Assembly (NCBI GenBank): GCA_965220125.1
Contig: CBDCPB010000004.1
Coordinates: forward strand, 2,383,366 to 2,447,365
Origin: Dehalococcoidia bacterium
GTDB taxonomy: Bacteria > Chloroflexota > Dehalococcoidia > UBA2979
Direction of reading: 5' to 3'
DNA: 64,000 nucleotides
The position numbers and the translations under genes were made by a program. How positions within the stretch are numbered: the first letter of the stretch is position 1; each line of letters opens with the position of its first letter. Positions 20,295-29,747 of this stretch are shown piece after piece. Under the pieces are notes generated by a model. That model ran no database searches. It was not told where the DNA came from and was given only the letters and a program-made list of their open reading frames with translations.

Positions 20295-21896
20295 TCACAC
20301 CCATTCCTTGGAGCGAGCGAGAGTCCAGACCAATACCAGTGCGTCGGCACATGCCCCGCTGAGCGGCTCCACAATGTGCGAGGGCAAGAATCTCGGCCTG
20401 TGGCTGACGAGGTTCCGGGTCGCTACAGCGGCTCCGAGAGTGCTCGCGATCCTGCCATCTCGATCTTTCTCGGTAGAGAGAGCCGCCCTCGACATGTCGA
20501 GGGCTCGTCGTTCGAGGTCTCCGGGCCGGTCGTCATTCTGATCGCTAGACTCCAACCTTTTGAACTCCGCGATCCAGGAGCAACCCTGTCCGAGAAGGCG
20601 AATGAATTCCCGGAGTGATCTCGGCATCCTCGACCCTTCCGAAGGACGGAGGTGCGACGACTCTTCAACGAGCACACGGGCCAGCTGCTCAACTGCTAGC
20701 GCCAACGGCCTGAGCCTTCGATTGAGGAGACCTGGAACACGATCGTGGTGCTGATCAGTGATGGTGAACGAGTAGCTTTGGAGGCTCATCAGTACCTCGA
20801 GCAGATCGTGCTCCTTACAGAACTCCACGATGTCCTCGGCGACATCACCGGGGTCGCCGCAATCTGAAGCGATCGTGGCGGCCAGCCCCTCGTTGAGTAC
20901 GGCTCTCAGGACTTCTCGAGCGTCACGGGCCGCAGACTCAACCGGATCGAGATGGCGGAGTCGGGTGGCGAGGCTCAGCCCTCCGTGTTCCTCGGCAGCA
21001 GCGAAGAAGTCCTCCCAGTCATAGCCGAAGGCATGCCCGGCGAGTCTCTCTGCGTCGCGGAGGTACTCCTGAGCGTCTTCGGACAGCGCAATGCGTTCAT
21101 CGCTCCGGTAGTCGTGTATCAGTTCAGCGAGCTTGCCGAGGAACTCGAAGAACTTGGGCTCGTCCATGCCGGACATGTCCAGCGACCGTCGCGCTCGCTG
21201 GCCCAGAACGACGCCGAGCCTTTCGCGACGAGGTGCCGGAAGCCGTTCTCCTACTGAAACGCCATCGAAAGCCTCGTAGTGGGCAGCCTCGTCTGCGAAC
21301 AGAAACAACTCCACTGCATCGAAACCGGCGGCCATCCCGTTCAACGATCGGAGCTCCTCCGTGTCCTCGGGAAGGCGGTACCGCTTCCAGAGTTGGTGCG
21401 ACGGATCCAGATGTTGTAGGAACTGAGAGTGGACATAGTGGTGCTTCTGCTGGCGCAGTAACGCAACGACATGGACTTGCCAGGGGGCGTAGTGCCGCTC
21501 AACCGTCGGAGTCAGCACAGTTCGGCCGTCGGGCATGACTGCTGGTACCCGATCGGAACCCCATTCCTCGAACGTGCTGCAGTCAGGTATCTCAAGGAAC
21601 GGGTTGCGGCCCCGCTGCGCGTCGAACGCATGCAGGCCGTCAGTGTGACCCCGCTGCAGCCTGTCCCAATCTTTTGGTGGAGACGGGGCAGGCCCACGGA
21701 CCGCCGCGTCGGCGAGGCCGTGTGTCTTTCGCTTGATGGCGTACGCGGTCGGCATGCGAGTTCGTGCCATCGGCAGAAGCAAGCAATGCCGCTCGTAGAA
21801 CTCAAGCTCGCGCGGTGACAGCCCCAGGATCCTCAGCGACCAGGCGTGCGAGACAAACTGCTGTACGTCGATGTAGCGCTCGCCGTGTCGGTTCAT
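20295..21896 (-). CDS. hypothetical 533-aa protein, no recognisable family (compositionally atypical)
   Basis: Single clean ORF with amino-acid-like composition and no long antisense ORF covering it. Local GC is visibly lower (~60%) than flanks (~72%). Stem-loop at 21915-21945 separates it from the upstream LLM gene. Confidence 0.6.
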   Translation of the reverse strand: MNRHGERYIDVQQFVSHAWSLRILGLSPRELEFYERHCLLLPMARTRMPTAYAIKRKTHGLADAAVRGPAPSPPKDWDRLQRGHTDGLHAFDAQRGRNPFLEIPDCSTFEEWGSDRVPAVMPDGRTVLTPTVERHYAPWQVHVVALLRQQKHHYVHSQFLQHLDPSHQLWKRYRLPEDTEELRSLNGMAAGFDAVELFLFADEAAHYEAFDGVSVGERLPAPRRERLGVVLGQRARRSLDMSGMDEPKFFEFLGKLAELIHDYRSDERIALSEDAQEYLRDAERLAGHAFGYDWEDFFAAAEEHGGLSLATRLRHLDPVESAARDAREVLRAVLNEGLAATIASDCGDPGDVAEDIVEFCKEHDLLEVLMSLQSYSFTITDQHHDRVPGLLNRRLRPLALAVEQLARVLVEESSHLRPSEGSRMPRSLREFIRLLGQGCSWIAEFKRLESSDQNDDRPGDLERRALDMSRAALSTEKDRDGRIASTLGAAVATRNLVSHRPRFLPSHIVEPLSGACADALVLVWTLARSKEWV

Positions 21897-21974
21897 GCAC
21901 TCCTGTCAAGCGGTTGCGGGACGCTGGATAGGTGACGTCCCCGCACCTACTTTCCCGCGATGGTCCACCGCCGC

Positions 21975-22925
21975 CTAGCGGAACGCGGGCGCGACCTCCG
22001 AGGAGAAGCGCTCGATGGCGGGCCAGTCGTAGGGGGTGTTCATCATCATGATCACCTCGGAGTAGCCGGCGTCGGCGTAGGTCTGCACCGCGTCCCGCAT
22101 CGACTCGGCGGGGCCGCCCACCGTCTGCGCGCGCTGCTCCTCCACGCTGATGCCGCGACGGCCGGCGGTGCGCTCCGTCCAACGCTCGTAGATCGCGTCC
22201 GGGATCAGCGGCGTCCCCGCCGTGAGGCTGATCTCCTCGAAGCGCCGCCCGACGTCGTTGCAGTGCTGGCGCAGCACCTCGACCTTCGGCGCGAGGTCGG
22301 CGGCGGTGCCGACGCCGTTCCAGGCGTCGGCGTGGCGCGCGACGATGTTGAGCGTGCGCCGCTCGCCCGCGCCGCCGACGAGGATCGGCGGGTGCGGGCG
22401 CTGCACGGGAGCCGGGCGGAACGGGGCCTGGCTGAGGCTGTAGTACTCGCCCTCGAAGGAGACTTCCTCCTCGTCCGACCAGAGCAGGCGGATCACCTGC
22501 AACGCCTCGTCGAGCCGATCGAGGCGTTCGCGCGCCGAGGGGAAGGGCCAGCCGTAGGCCTCGTGCTCGCGCGGGTTGTTGCCCGCGCCGATGCCGAAGT
22601 CCACCCGCCCGCCCGAGATCTGGTCGATCGTCGTCGCGACCTTGGCGAGCATGGCGGGGTTGCGGAAGAGGTTGCCCGTCACCAGCGTGCCGAGGCGCAG
22701 CCGCTCCGTCTCCGCGGCGAGCGCGGCGAGCACGACCCAGCCGTCCATGCACGGCCCCTCCGTGTCGCGCGTGCCCGTCGGCAGGAAGTGGTCGATCGTC
22801 CAGGCGCCGTCGTAGCCGAGCGCCTCGAGGCGCTGCCACGTCTCCGAGAGTTCGCCCCACTCGATGTTCTGCTGCCCGGTCTGGACGCTGAATTTCACCG
22901 CCGCCTCCGTCCTCGCGAGCGGCAC
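21975..22925 (-). CDS. LLM-class (luciferase-like) F420/flavin-dependent oxidoreductase
   Basis: TIM-barrel LLM motifs (GYDGAWTIDHF..., RLRLGTLVTG, GRVDFGIGAG). Confidence 0.85.
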   Translation of the reverse strand: MPLARTEAAVKFSVQTGQQNIEWGELSETWQRLEALGYDGAWTIDHFLPTGTRDTEGPCMDGWVVLAALAAETERLRLGTLVTGNLFRNPAMLAKVATTIDQISGGRVDFGIGAGNNPREHEAYGWPFPSARERLDRLDEALQVIRLLWSDEEEVSFEGEYYSLSQAPFRPAPVQRPHPPILVGGAGERRTLNIVARHADAWNGVGTAADLAPKVEVLRQHCNDVGRRFEEISLTAGTPLIPDAIYERWTERTAGRRGISVEEQRAQTVGGPAESMRDAVQTYADAGYSEVIMMMNTPYDWPAIERFSSEVAPAFR

Positions 22926-22943
22926 TTTAGCAGGCGGGGGCGG

Positions 22944-23523
22944 CTAGGTGATGGTGAGCGGGACGCCCTCGGGGCAGAGCGGGCAGTCGCCGGGCTCCCA
23001 GCTCTCGATGTCGAGCGTGGCGGCGGCGAAGAAGGGCAGGCCGAAGTCGGTTCGCCCGCCGGAGCGGTCGACGAGCACGGCGACGCCGACGGGCTCGCCG
23101 CCGGCCTGGCGCACGGCCTCGATCGTGTCGTGGACGGAGCCGCCGCTGGTGACCACGTCGTCGGCGATCAGCACGCGCTCGCCGGAGGTGAGCCGGAAGT
23201 CGCGCTGGATGGCGCGGCCCGGTCCGTCCTCGCGGCGTTCGGCGATGATCCCGCGCACGCCGAGCTGGCGGGCCATCTCGTAGGCGAGGATCACGCCGCC
23301 GGTGGTGGGGCCGGCCACGGTCTGCGGTTCCAGGCCGCGCGCGGCCTCGGCGAGACGAGCGCAGATCGCGGCGGTGCGGTCCGGCCACTGCAGCAGGTTG
23401 AACTTCTCGACGTAGCGGCCGGCGTGGCGGCCGGAGGCGAGCTGGAAGTGGCCGTCGAGGAAGGCGCCGCTCTCCTCGAAGGCGGCGATCACCGCGGGGT
23501 CGGCCGCCTCGTCGCGCGTCACC
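22944..23523 (-). CDS. pyrE: orotate phosphoribosyltransferase
   Basis: GHFQLASGRHAGRYVEKF and the PRPP-binding 'VLIADDVVTSGGS' motif; GTG start overlaps the lepB stop (GTGA). Confidence 0.85.
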
Positions 23524-24334
23524 GGGACTGACTTACCTCGACGCCGAGCTGCAGGCCCGGCTCCTCGTGGCCGACGATGCCGAAGCGATCGAGCGGCCAG
23601 TAGCGCAGCTCGGCGCGTCCGACGATCAGGCCCTGGTGGAGCATGCCCCAGGAGTGCGAGTCGTAGGAGTTGTTGCGCGCGTCGCCGAGCACGAAAACGT
23701 GGCCAAGCGGGACCGTCTCCGGGGGGAACGAGTAGCGCGGCGCGTGCAGCAGGTAGGGCTCGTCCAGCACCTTCCCGTCCACGATCACCTGCTCGTCGCG
23801 CACCTCGATGGTCTGTCCCGGCAGCGCGACGACGCGCTTGATGAAGTCGCGCTCCGGGCCGAGCGGGAAGGCGAAGACGACGACGTCGCCCTGATCGATC
23901 GTGCCGAAGGGGCGCCACGCGTCCTCCTCGACGAGCGGCAGCCAGGAGAAGTCGAACGTGCGGTAGGCGAGCTTGTTCACGACGACCAGGTCGGCGTGCT
24001 GGAAGCTCGGCTCCATCGATCCGCCGTCGACGATGAAGTTCTGGGCGACGCCGCGCACGACGATGAACATCAGCAGGGCGAGCGCGATCACCTCGAGCGT
24101 CTCGCTGAGGCCGCGCAGCCCGAACGGCCAGATCCGCTGCATCCCGCCGCGCTCGTCGGCTACGGCGGCGGGCGGCTCGGGCGGCGTCAGCCAGGGATCG
24201 CGTTCCGCGAGCCCGCCGTGGCTCAGCGCCGCCGCAACGGCGAGCGCGCGGGCGGGCGGCGGCGCGCCGGGCGGGTCGCGAGGATCGGGGTGCCGGGGAA
24301 GCCGGCTCGGGTCCGCCGGGGGCTGATTCACCAT
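23519..24334 (-). CDS. lepB: signal peptidase I
   Basis: TM anchor then 'GGSMEPSF' (catalytic Ser box) and 'FVLGDARNNSYDSHSWG' (Lys box region). Pro-rich N-terminal extension; an alternative start at MQRIW is possible. Confidence 0.85.
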   Translation of the reverse strand: MVNQPPADPSRLPRHPDPRDPPGAPPPARALAVAAALSHGGLAERDPWLTPPEPPAAVADERGGMQRIWPFGLRGLSETLEVIALALLMFIVVRGVAQNFIVDGGSMEPSFQHADLVVVNKLAYRTFDFSWLPLVEEDAWRPFGTIDQGDVVVFAFPLGPERDFIKRVVALPGQTIEVRDEQVIVDGKVLDEPYLLHAPRYSFPPETVPLGHVFVLGDARNNSYDSHSWGMLHQGLIVGRAELRYWPLDRFGIVGHEEPGLQLGVEVSQSR

Positions 24335-24397
24335 CGCATCGAGTATACCTACGCACCCTGTTGGGAACCCCGCGCTGGCTTCGGCATCGAGCGCTGC

Positions 24398-25228
24398 TCA
24401 GGCGCGCAGCGCGGAGCCCAGGGCATCCATCCGCTGAGCCGCGACGGTCGCGACGGCGGCGCGCGCCTCGAGCAGCGCCGGGCGGGGGTCGCCGCCTCGC
24501 GAGCCGGCGATGGCGGCGGCGAAGGCGGCGTGGATCTCGCTGCTGACGTTGAGCTTGCGGATGCCCGCGCGCACGCAGTCGCGCAGCTGGCGCGGCGGGA
24601 CGCCGGAGCCGCCGTGCAGCACCAACGGCAGCCCGCGCACCGCCGCGCGCAGTTCGCGCACGAGCGCCAGGTCGACGCTGCCCGCGAGGCCGTGCGCCGT
24701 GCCGACGGAGACCGCCAGCGCGTCGACCTGCGTCTCCTCGACGAAGCGGCGCGCCGCCGCCGGGTCGGTCAGCACGGACTCCGAGGTGATGACGCCGGGC
24801 TCGCGCCCGCCGACATGGCCGAGTTCCGCCTCCAGCGAGACGCCGTGCTCCAGCGCCAGCACTGCGGCCTCGCGCGTCTCGCGGATGTTGAGCTCCAGCG
24901 GCTTGATTGAGCCGTCGTACATCAGCGAGCTGAAGCCGGCGCGCGCGGCCGCGCGCAGCAGCCCGACCTCGTGGCCGTGGTCGAGGTGGACGGCGACGGG
25001 CACGCGCGCGCCCTCGGCGAGCGTGCGCGCGGTGGCCGCGGCGACGGCGACGCCGCCGAAGTGGTCGAGGTTGCCGGGGTTGAACTGCAGCAGCACGGGC
25101 GAGCGCCGCGCCTCGGCGGCGTCGAGCACGCCGAGCGCGAGCTCGAGGTTGGAGACGTTGAAGCCGGGCACGGCGTAGCCGCCCCGCTCGGCGTCGGCCA
25201 GTAGCTCGCGGCCTCCGGTGAGCGCCAT
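24398..25228 (-). CDS. class II fructose/tagatose-bisphosphate aldolase family protein
   Basis: 'YAVPGFNVSNLE', 'PVLLQF' and 'VPVAVHLDHG' motifs of ketose-bisphosphate aldolase class II. Start set at ATG 25228; the longer track ORF is an artefact. Confidence 0.85.
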   Translation of the reverse strand: MALTGGRELLADAERGGYAVPGFNVSNLELALGVLDAAEARRSPVLLQFNPGNLDHFGGVAVAAATARTLAEGARVPVAVHLDHGHEVGLLRAAARAGFSSLMYDGSIKPLELNIRETREAAVLALEHGVSLEAELGHVGGREPGVITSESVLTDPAAARRFVEETQVDALAVSVGTAHGLAGSVDLALVRELRAAVRGLPLVLHGGSGVPPRQLRDCVRAGIRKLNVSSEIHAAFAAAIAGSRGGDPRPALLEARAAVATVAAQRMDALGSALRA

Positions 25229-25628
25229 GCGCCGATCTTCACACGAATCGGCCCAGTGCGGTGGGGCGCCGTCCGGTCCGGTTGCCCGGAAGACACGCTC
25301 CCGGTACGAATCCCGGGGAGACTGGGCAGGGTGGTGCTCGCGGAATGGACCTGCGCTTCCACACGGACCTCGAGACGGGCGCTCCCCACATCCATCGACA
25401 TGGCGTGAGCGGCGCGAGGTCGAGGAGATCATGGCCTCCCCGGCGGAGGACCTGCCCGGTCGGCGCAACTCTCGCCTCGCCATCGGGCAGACGCTCGGAG
25501 GGCGTTACCTTCGGGTAGTGTATGTACGCGACCCGGAGCCGGGCAGCGCATTTGTCGTCACCGCCTACGAACTGTCCGGCAACGCCCTCGCGGCGTTCCG
25601 GCGGCGGAGGCGAAGGAGAAGCAGATGA
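25218..25628 (+). CDS. DUF497/BrnT-like toxin candidate (C-terminal half conserved, N-terminus degenerate or frameshifted)
   Basis: C-terminus 'RLAIGQTLGGRYLRVVYVRDPEPGSAFVVTAYELSGNALAAFRRR' resembles the BrnT 'ERFITIG...GRLLVVVHT...IRIISARKAT' region. A 'HRHGVS' motif sits in a different frame upstream. Confidence 0.3.
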   Translation: MSAMRRSSHESAQCGGAPSGPVARKTRSRYESRGDWAGWCSRNGPALPHGPRDGRSPHPSTWRERREVEEIMASPAEDLPGRRNSRLAIGQTLGGRYLRVVYVRDPEPGSAFVVTAYELSGNALAAFRRRRRRRSR

Positions 25629-25852
25629 GCGACGGGGCGAACCGGTTGCCGCCGGGCTGGGACGAGGCGCGCGTCCACGATCTCATCGAGCACTACGAGT
25701 CGCGGACCGACGATGAGTTGGCGGCCGAAATCGAAGCGGCGTTCGAGGATCCCTCTCACACCGCGATGGTAATTCCGAACGAGCTGGTTCCCGCTGTGCG
25801 TGCACTCCTCGCCGAGTCTCCCGACGCTGCGCCTGCGCCCACCGCGAGCTGA
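25625..25852 (+). CDS. small acidic protein, putative antitoxin partner (unverified)
   Basis: 75 aa with a 4-nt ATGA overlap onto the BrnT-like ORF; ends in a 'MVIPNELVPAVRALLAE' strand-helix like the start of an RHH. Confidence 0.3.
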   Translation: MSDGANRLPPGWDEARVHDLIEHYESRTDDELAAEIEAAFEDPSHTAMVIPNELVPAVRALLAESPDAAPAPTAS

Positions 25853-26614
25853 TTGCGCGCGGCTACTTCCTTCCCGCTCGCGCTAGCTGCCACCACCAAC
25901 CAGCACCGTGTGGGCTGCGGCGCCGTGCAGCGGGGCCATTGTGATCATCGCGTGCTAGGCTCGCCGAGGCGGGATGGAGCGAACACGAGCCAGCTCTTGG
26001 CGGCGCAACGACACCGTGCGGGTGACGATGTTCCGGACCTCGTCCGGCGGGCGCAGCGCGGCGAAGTTGCGGCGTTCAACACGCTCGTGATCCGCCACCA
26101 GGACGCCGCCTACTCGCTCGCCTTCCGCTTCCTGCGCTCGCGCGAGGCGGCCGAGGATGTGACGCAGGAGGCGTTCCTCCGCGCCTGGCGCGCCATCGAG
26201 AGCTTCCGCGGCGAACGCTTCCGCTCCTGGCTGCTGCGCATCGTCGCCAACGCCGCGCGCGACGAGCTGCGTCGCCGCAAACGGCGCCCGCAGCGCTCGC
26301 TCGACGAGGCGCGCGACGACTCGGATATGGCCTCGATCGACCCGGTCGAGCCGGGCCTCGGGCCGCAGCAGCGCGCGGAGCAGGCGGAGCTGCGGCAGGT
26401 GCTGGAGGGCGCGCTCGCCGAGCTGCCGGAGGACTGGCGGATGGTGGTGCTGCTCTCCGACGTGCACGGACTCTCGTACGAGGAGATCGCGGAGACGACG
26501 GGCGTGCCGCTCGGCACGGTCAAGTCGCGGCTGAGCCGCGCGCGGGGGCGGCTGCGCGACCTGCTGCGCGAGTCCGGGGAACTTTCAGGCCTCATGCAGC
26601 GTCAGAAGACATAG
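25853..26614 (+). CDS. ECF-subfamily RNA polymerase sigma-70 factor
   Basis: Sigma-70 region 2 (FLRAWRAIESFRGERFRSWLLRIVANAARDELRRR) and region 4 (LSYEEIAETTGVPLGTVKSRLSRAR). The true start is probably an internal GTG/TTG near 25958-26030. Confidence 0.8.
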   Translation: MRAATSFPLALAATTNQHRVGCGAVQRGHCDHRVLGSPRRDGANTSQLLAAQRHRAGDDVPDLVRRAQRGEVAAFNTLVIRHQDAAYSLAFRFLRSREAAEDVTQEAFLRAWRAIESFRGERFRSWLLRIVANAARDELRRRKRRPQRSLDEARDDSDMASIDPVEPGLGPQQRAEQAELRQVLEGALAELPEDWRMVVLLSDVHGLSYEEIAETTGVPLGTVKSRLSRARGRLRDLLRESGELSGLMQRQKT

Positions 26615-26623
26615 GGTGGTGAT

Positions 26624-27733
26624 GTGATGCGCCTCTGGGGTTGGCGTCGGCGTCGTAACGTCGGGAACGAAGAGTTCCCGGAGGGCCTCGACGCAGCCTC
26701 GGCCTGGGACGAGCAGCTCTCCGCCTACCTCGATAGCGAACTCGAGGGGCGTGAGGCCGTGGCCGTCCAGGACGCGCTCGAGGTGGATCCGGCGCTCGCC
26801 GTGCAGCTCGACGAGTTGAGCGTGGTCCGCGACGCCCTCGGCTCCCTCGGCGAGTTGCGGGCACCACGCCCGTTCACGCTGGAGGCGCCGCCCACGGCCG
26901 TGCGCCACACGCCCGGCAGGCTGGAGCTCGTCTTCCGGATGGGCGCGCTGGCCGCGGCCGTCGCGTTCGCCGTCGTGCTGACGGGCGACATCGTCGGCCT
27001 CGGAGACGAGGGCGTCGAGGGCTGGGGCATCTCCCGTCCGAGCTTCGGCGGCGGATCGAGCGAGCAGGCGAGCGACGCGCCGCAGGCGGCCGCGGCACTC
27101 GCCGCTCCGGCGAGCCCCGCCGCCGCGCAGGCCGAGACGGCCGCCTCTACTCCTCAGCCGGCAGCCACGAGCGCCGCCGCCGGCGCCAGCCCGACTGCGA
27201 CGGCCGCCCCGGCGACGCCGACTCCCGAGGCCACGACAATCCCGACGGCCGTAGCGGCCGCCGTGTCCACGGCCGTCGCTACCGTTGCGGCTTCGCCGGC
27301 CGCAGCGGCGGACGGAGCCGCCGACGCCTCGCCTGCCGCCACGACCGACACCCGAACAGCGGGGCGCGCGGTGGAATCGCCGGAGGCGGACGCCACCCCG
27401 GCGGCCGACCAGCCGGCCACTCCCACCGTCGCCGCGGGGGAGTCGCAGGCCGCGGCGACCGAGGCCGTAGCGTCGGCGGACGACGACGCGGACGAAGAGG
27501 ACGGCGCCGAAGCCGCGTCTCCCACGGAGCAGGCGGCAGCCACACTCGCGCCGGCCGCCACCGCGACGCCCGCACCCTCGACCCGGGATGAGGTGCTCCA
27601 GGAAGAGCCGGCCGGGACGGACGACAGCGCGCGCGCGCTGCGCAGGGCCGAGCAGTGGCTGCTGCTCGCCGCCGTCGCTCTCGCCGTGCTTGCGCTTGGC
27701 CTCGGGCTGCGGCGGCGAGGCGGTAGCGCATAG
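26624..27733 (+). CDS. anti-sigma factor, membrane-anchored with a long Ala/Thr/Pro-rich extracytoplasmic low-complexity region
   Basis: Starts 10 nt after the ECF sigma gene. N-terminal 'WDEQLSAYLDSELEGRE...' is a typical anti-sigma N-domain, followed by a TM helix, ~200 aa of A/T/P/E-rich sequence and a C-terminal hydrophobic helix. Confidence 0.7.
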   Translation: MMRLWGWRRRRNVGNEEFPEGLDAASAWDEQLSAYLDSELEGREAVAVQDALEVDPALAVQLDELSVVRDALGSLGELRAPRPFTLEAPPTAVRHTPGRLELVFRMGALAAAVAFAVVLTGDIVGLGDEGVEGWGISRPSFGGGSSEQASDAPQAAAALAAPASPAAAQAETAASTPQPAATSAAAGASPTATAAPATPTPEATTIPTAVAAAVSTAVATVAASPAAAADGAADASPAATTDTRTAGRAVESPEADATPAADQPATPTVAAGESQAAATEAVASADDDADEEDGAEAASPTEQAAATLAPAATATPAPSTRDEVLQEEPAGTDDSARALRRAEQWLLLAAVALAVLALGLGLRRRGGSA

Positions 27734-27807
27734 CCGCGGGAGCCGCGCGGCGCGCCCGAACGTTGTGCCAATGGACGGACATGGCGATCGAAAGCGGGAG
27801 GGCCGCA

Positions 27808-28542
27808 ATGAGACGAACGATGACCGTGCTGGCCCTCGCTGCCCTCGCGCTGCTGAGCCTGACCGCGACTGCCTGCTCCGGCGCCACGGTCTCGCCCGAT
27901 CCGCGGGCGGAGGACGGCGGCATCTCGGTCAGCGGGACCGGCAGCGTCACGGTGACGCCCGACATCGGCGTGTTCGAGGTCGGCGTCGAGGTGACCGCAG
28001 ACACGGTTGCCCTCGCGCGCAGCGGCGCGTCCGAGGCGATGCAGCGGGTCCGCGCCTCGATCACCGGCAACGGCGTCGAGGAGCGCGACATCGCCACCCG
28101 CTTCTTCAACATCTACCCGCAGTACGACTACGAGAACGACGATGGCGGGCCGCGCATCACCGGCTACACGGTCAGCAACCACATCGAGGTCAAGGTCCGC
28201 GACATTGACCGGCTCTCCGACATCCTCGACCAGGCGGTGACGGCGGGCGGCGACGCGATTCGCGTCGGCGGCATCTCCTTCCGCGTCGACGAGCCGGAGC
28301 AGTACGCCGATGAGGCGCGCAAGCTGGCCGTCGAGGACGCGCGCGCGAGGGCGCAGCAGCTTGCCGACCTCGCGGGCGTGACGCTGGGCAGCGCGCGCAC
28401 GATCTCCGAGTCGTCCGGCGGATTCGCGCAGCGCGGCTTCGCCGACGCCCCGGCGGCGTTCGCCGATGACTCTGCGACGTCCGTCTCCGTCGGCGAGAGC
28501 GAGGTCTCGGTCTCCGTCCACATCGTCTACGCGATCGACTAG
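27808..28542 (+). CDS. SIMPL-domain (DUF541) lipoprotein
   Basis: Lipobox LSLTATACSG; 'VSGTGSVTVTPD...', 'ITGYTVSNHIEVKVRD' and 'RVDEPEQYADEARKLAVEDARARAQ' fit the SIMPL/YggE family. ATG 27808 with GGGAGGG RBS preferred over 27763. Confidence 0.75.
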   Translation: MRRTMTVLALAALALLSLTATACSGATVSPDPRAEDGGISVSGTGSVTVTPDIGVFEVGVEVTADTVALARSGASEAMQRVRASITGNGVEERDIATRFFNIYPQYDYENDDGGPRITGYTVSNHIEVKVRDIDRLSDILDQAVTAGGDAIRVGGISFRVDEPEQYADEARKLAVEDARARAQQLADLAGVTLGSARTISESSGGFAQRGFADAPAAFADDSATSVSVGESEVSVSVHIVYAID

Positions 28543-28611
28543 CGCGACCGGGGCGACGCGGGGCGGTACCATCGCGGCCCAGCGCGCACGCCCCGGAGGC
28601 GAGGCCCGGCG

Positions 28612-29718
28612 GTGGCGATCTCCGAACACATGCAACTGGCCGTTGAAGAGGGCCGCCGCGCCCTCGGCTGGAGTTCGCCCAATCCCGCCGTCGGCGCGGT
28701 CGTGGTGCGCGACGGCGCGGTCGTCGGCGCGGGCCGCACGCAGCCGCCGGGCGGCGACCACGCCGAGGTCGGCGCGCTGCGCGAGGCCGGCGATCGGGCG
28801 CGCGGGGCCACGGTCTACGTCACGCTGGAGCCGTGCGCGCACACCGGCCGCACGCCGCCCTGCACCTCGGCGCTGATCGAGGCCGGCGTCGCTTCCGTCC
28901 GCTACGCGATCGGCGACCCCGACCCGGACGTGAACGGCGCGGGCCGTCGCGCCCTCGAGGCCGCCGGCGTCGCTGTCGAGGTAGGCGACGGTGCGGAGCA
29001 GGTCGCCGCCCAACTCGAGGGCTACCTGCACCAGCGACGGACGGGGCGCCCGTTCGTGATCGTCAAGTTCGCCGCCTCCCTCGACGGGCGTATCGCTGCC
29101 TCCTCCGGTGACTCGCGCTGGGTCTCCGGGCCGCAGACGCGCGAGTGGGCGCATGAGCAGCGGCCCGGCCTCGACGCGATCGTGGTCGGCTCCGGCACGG
29201 TGGTCGTCGACGACCCGGAGCTGACCGCGCGGCCGGGAGGTAGCAGCGAGGGCGCGCACCAGCCGCTGCGCGTCGTCGCCGACTCGCGTGGGCGCACGCC
29301 GGACGGGGCGCGCGTGCTTGCCGGCGACTCGCCGACACTGATCGCGACGACCGCCGCCTCGCCCGAGGGCTGGCGCGCGCGCATGGCCGCGCTTGGCGCC
29401 GAGGTGCTGGTGCTGCCGGAGTCCGACGGCCACGTGGACCTCGACGCGCTGATCCGCGCGCTCGGCGAGCGGGGAGCGCTCACGGTGCTGTTCGAGGGCG
29501 GCGGGATCCTGCTCGGCTCGCTCTTCGACGGCCGCCTCGTCGATCGCGTGCAGGCGATCATCGCGCCCCTCGTGATCGGCGCGGACGCGGCGCCCGCCGC
29601 CGTCGCCGGCCGCGGCGTCGAACGGATGGCGCAGGCCCCGCGGCTGCGCGAGGTGACCGTCACGCGCCTCGGCGAGGACACGCTGATCAGCGGTCTGCCC
29701 GCCTGGCCAGCCGGGTAG
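28612..29718 (+). CDS. ribD: bifunctional diaminohydroxyphosphoribosylaminopyrimidine deaminase / 5-amino-6-(5-phosphoribosylamino)uracil reductase
   Basis: CMP/dCMP-type deaminase zinc motif (HAEV...LEPCAHTGRTPPC) followed by a RibD C-terminal reductase domain. Confidence 0.9.
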   Translation: MAISEHMQLAVEEGRRALGWSSPNPAVGAVVVRDGAVVGAGRTQPPGGDHAEVGALREAGDRARGATVYVTLEPCAHTGRTPPCTSALIEAGVASVRYAIGDPDPDVNGAGRRALEAAGVAVEVGDGAEQVAAQLEGYLHQRRTGRPFVIVKFAASLDGRIAASSGDSRWVSGPQTREWAHEQRPGLDAIVVGSGTVVVDDPELTARPGGSSEGAHQPLRVVADSRGRTPDGARVLAGDSPTLIATTAASPEGWRARMAALGAEVLVLPESDGHVDLDALIRALGERGALTVLFEGGGILLGSLFDGRLVDRVQAIIAPLVIGADAAPAAVAGRGVERMAQAPRLREVTVTRLGEDTLISGLPAWPAG

Positions 29719-29747
29719 TATTCTCTCCCGGCGGAACGGGGCCGCGC

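Noticed and set aside
28543-28611. FMN riboswitch upstream of ribD
   Set aside because: Only ~70 nt separate the SIMPL gene stop from the ribD start, too short for an FMN aptamer (~140 nt). I could not see the conserved FMN-element core, so it is not claimed.
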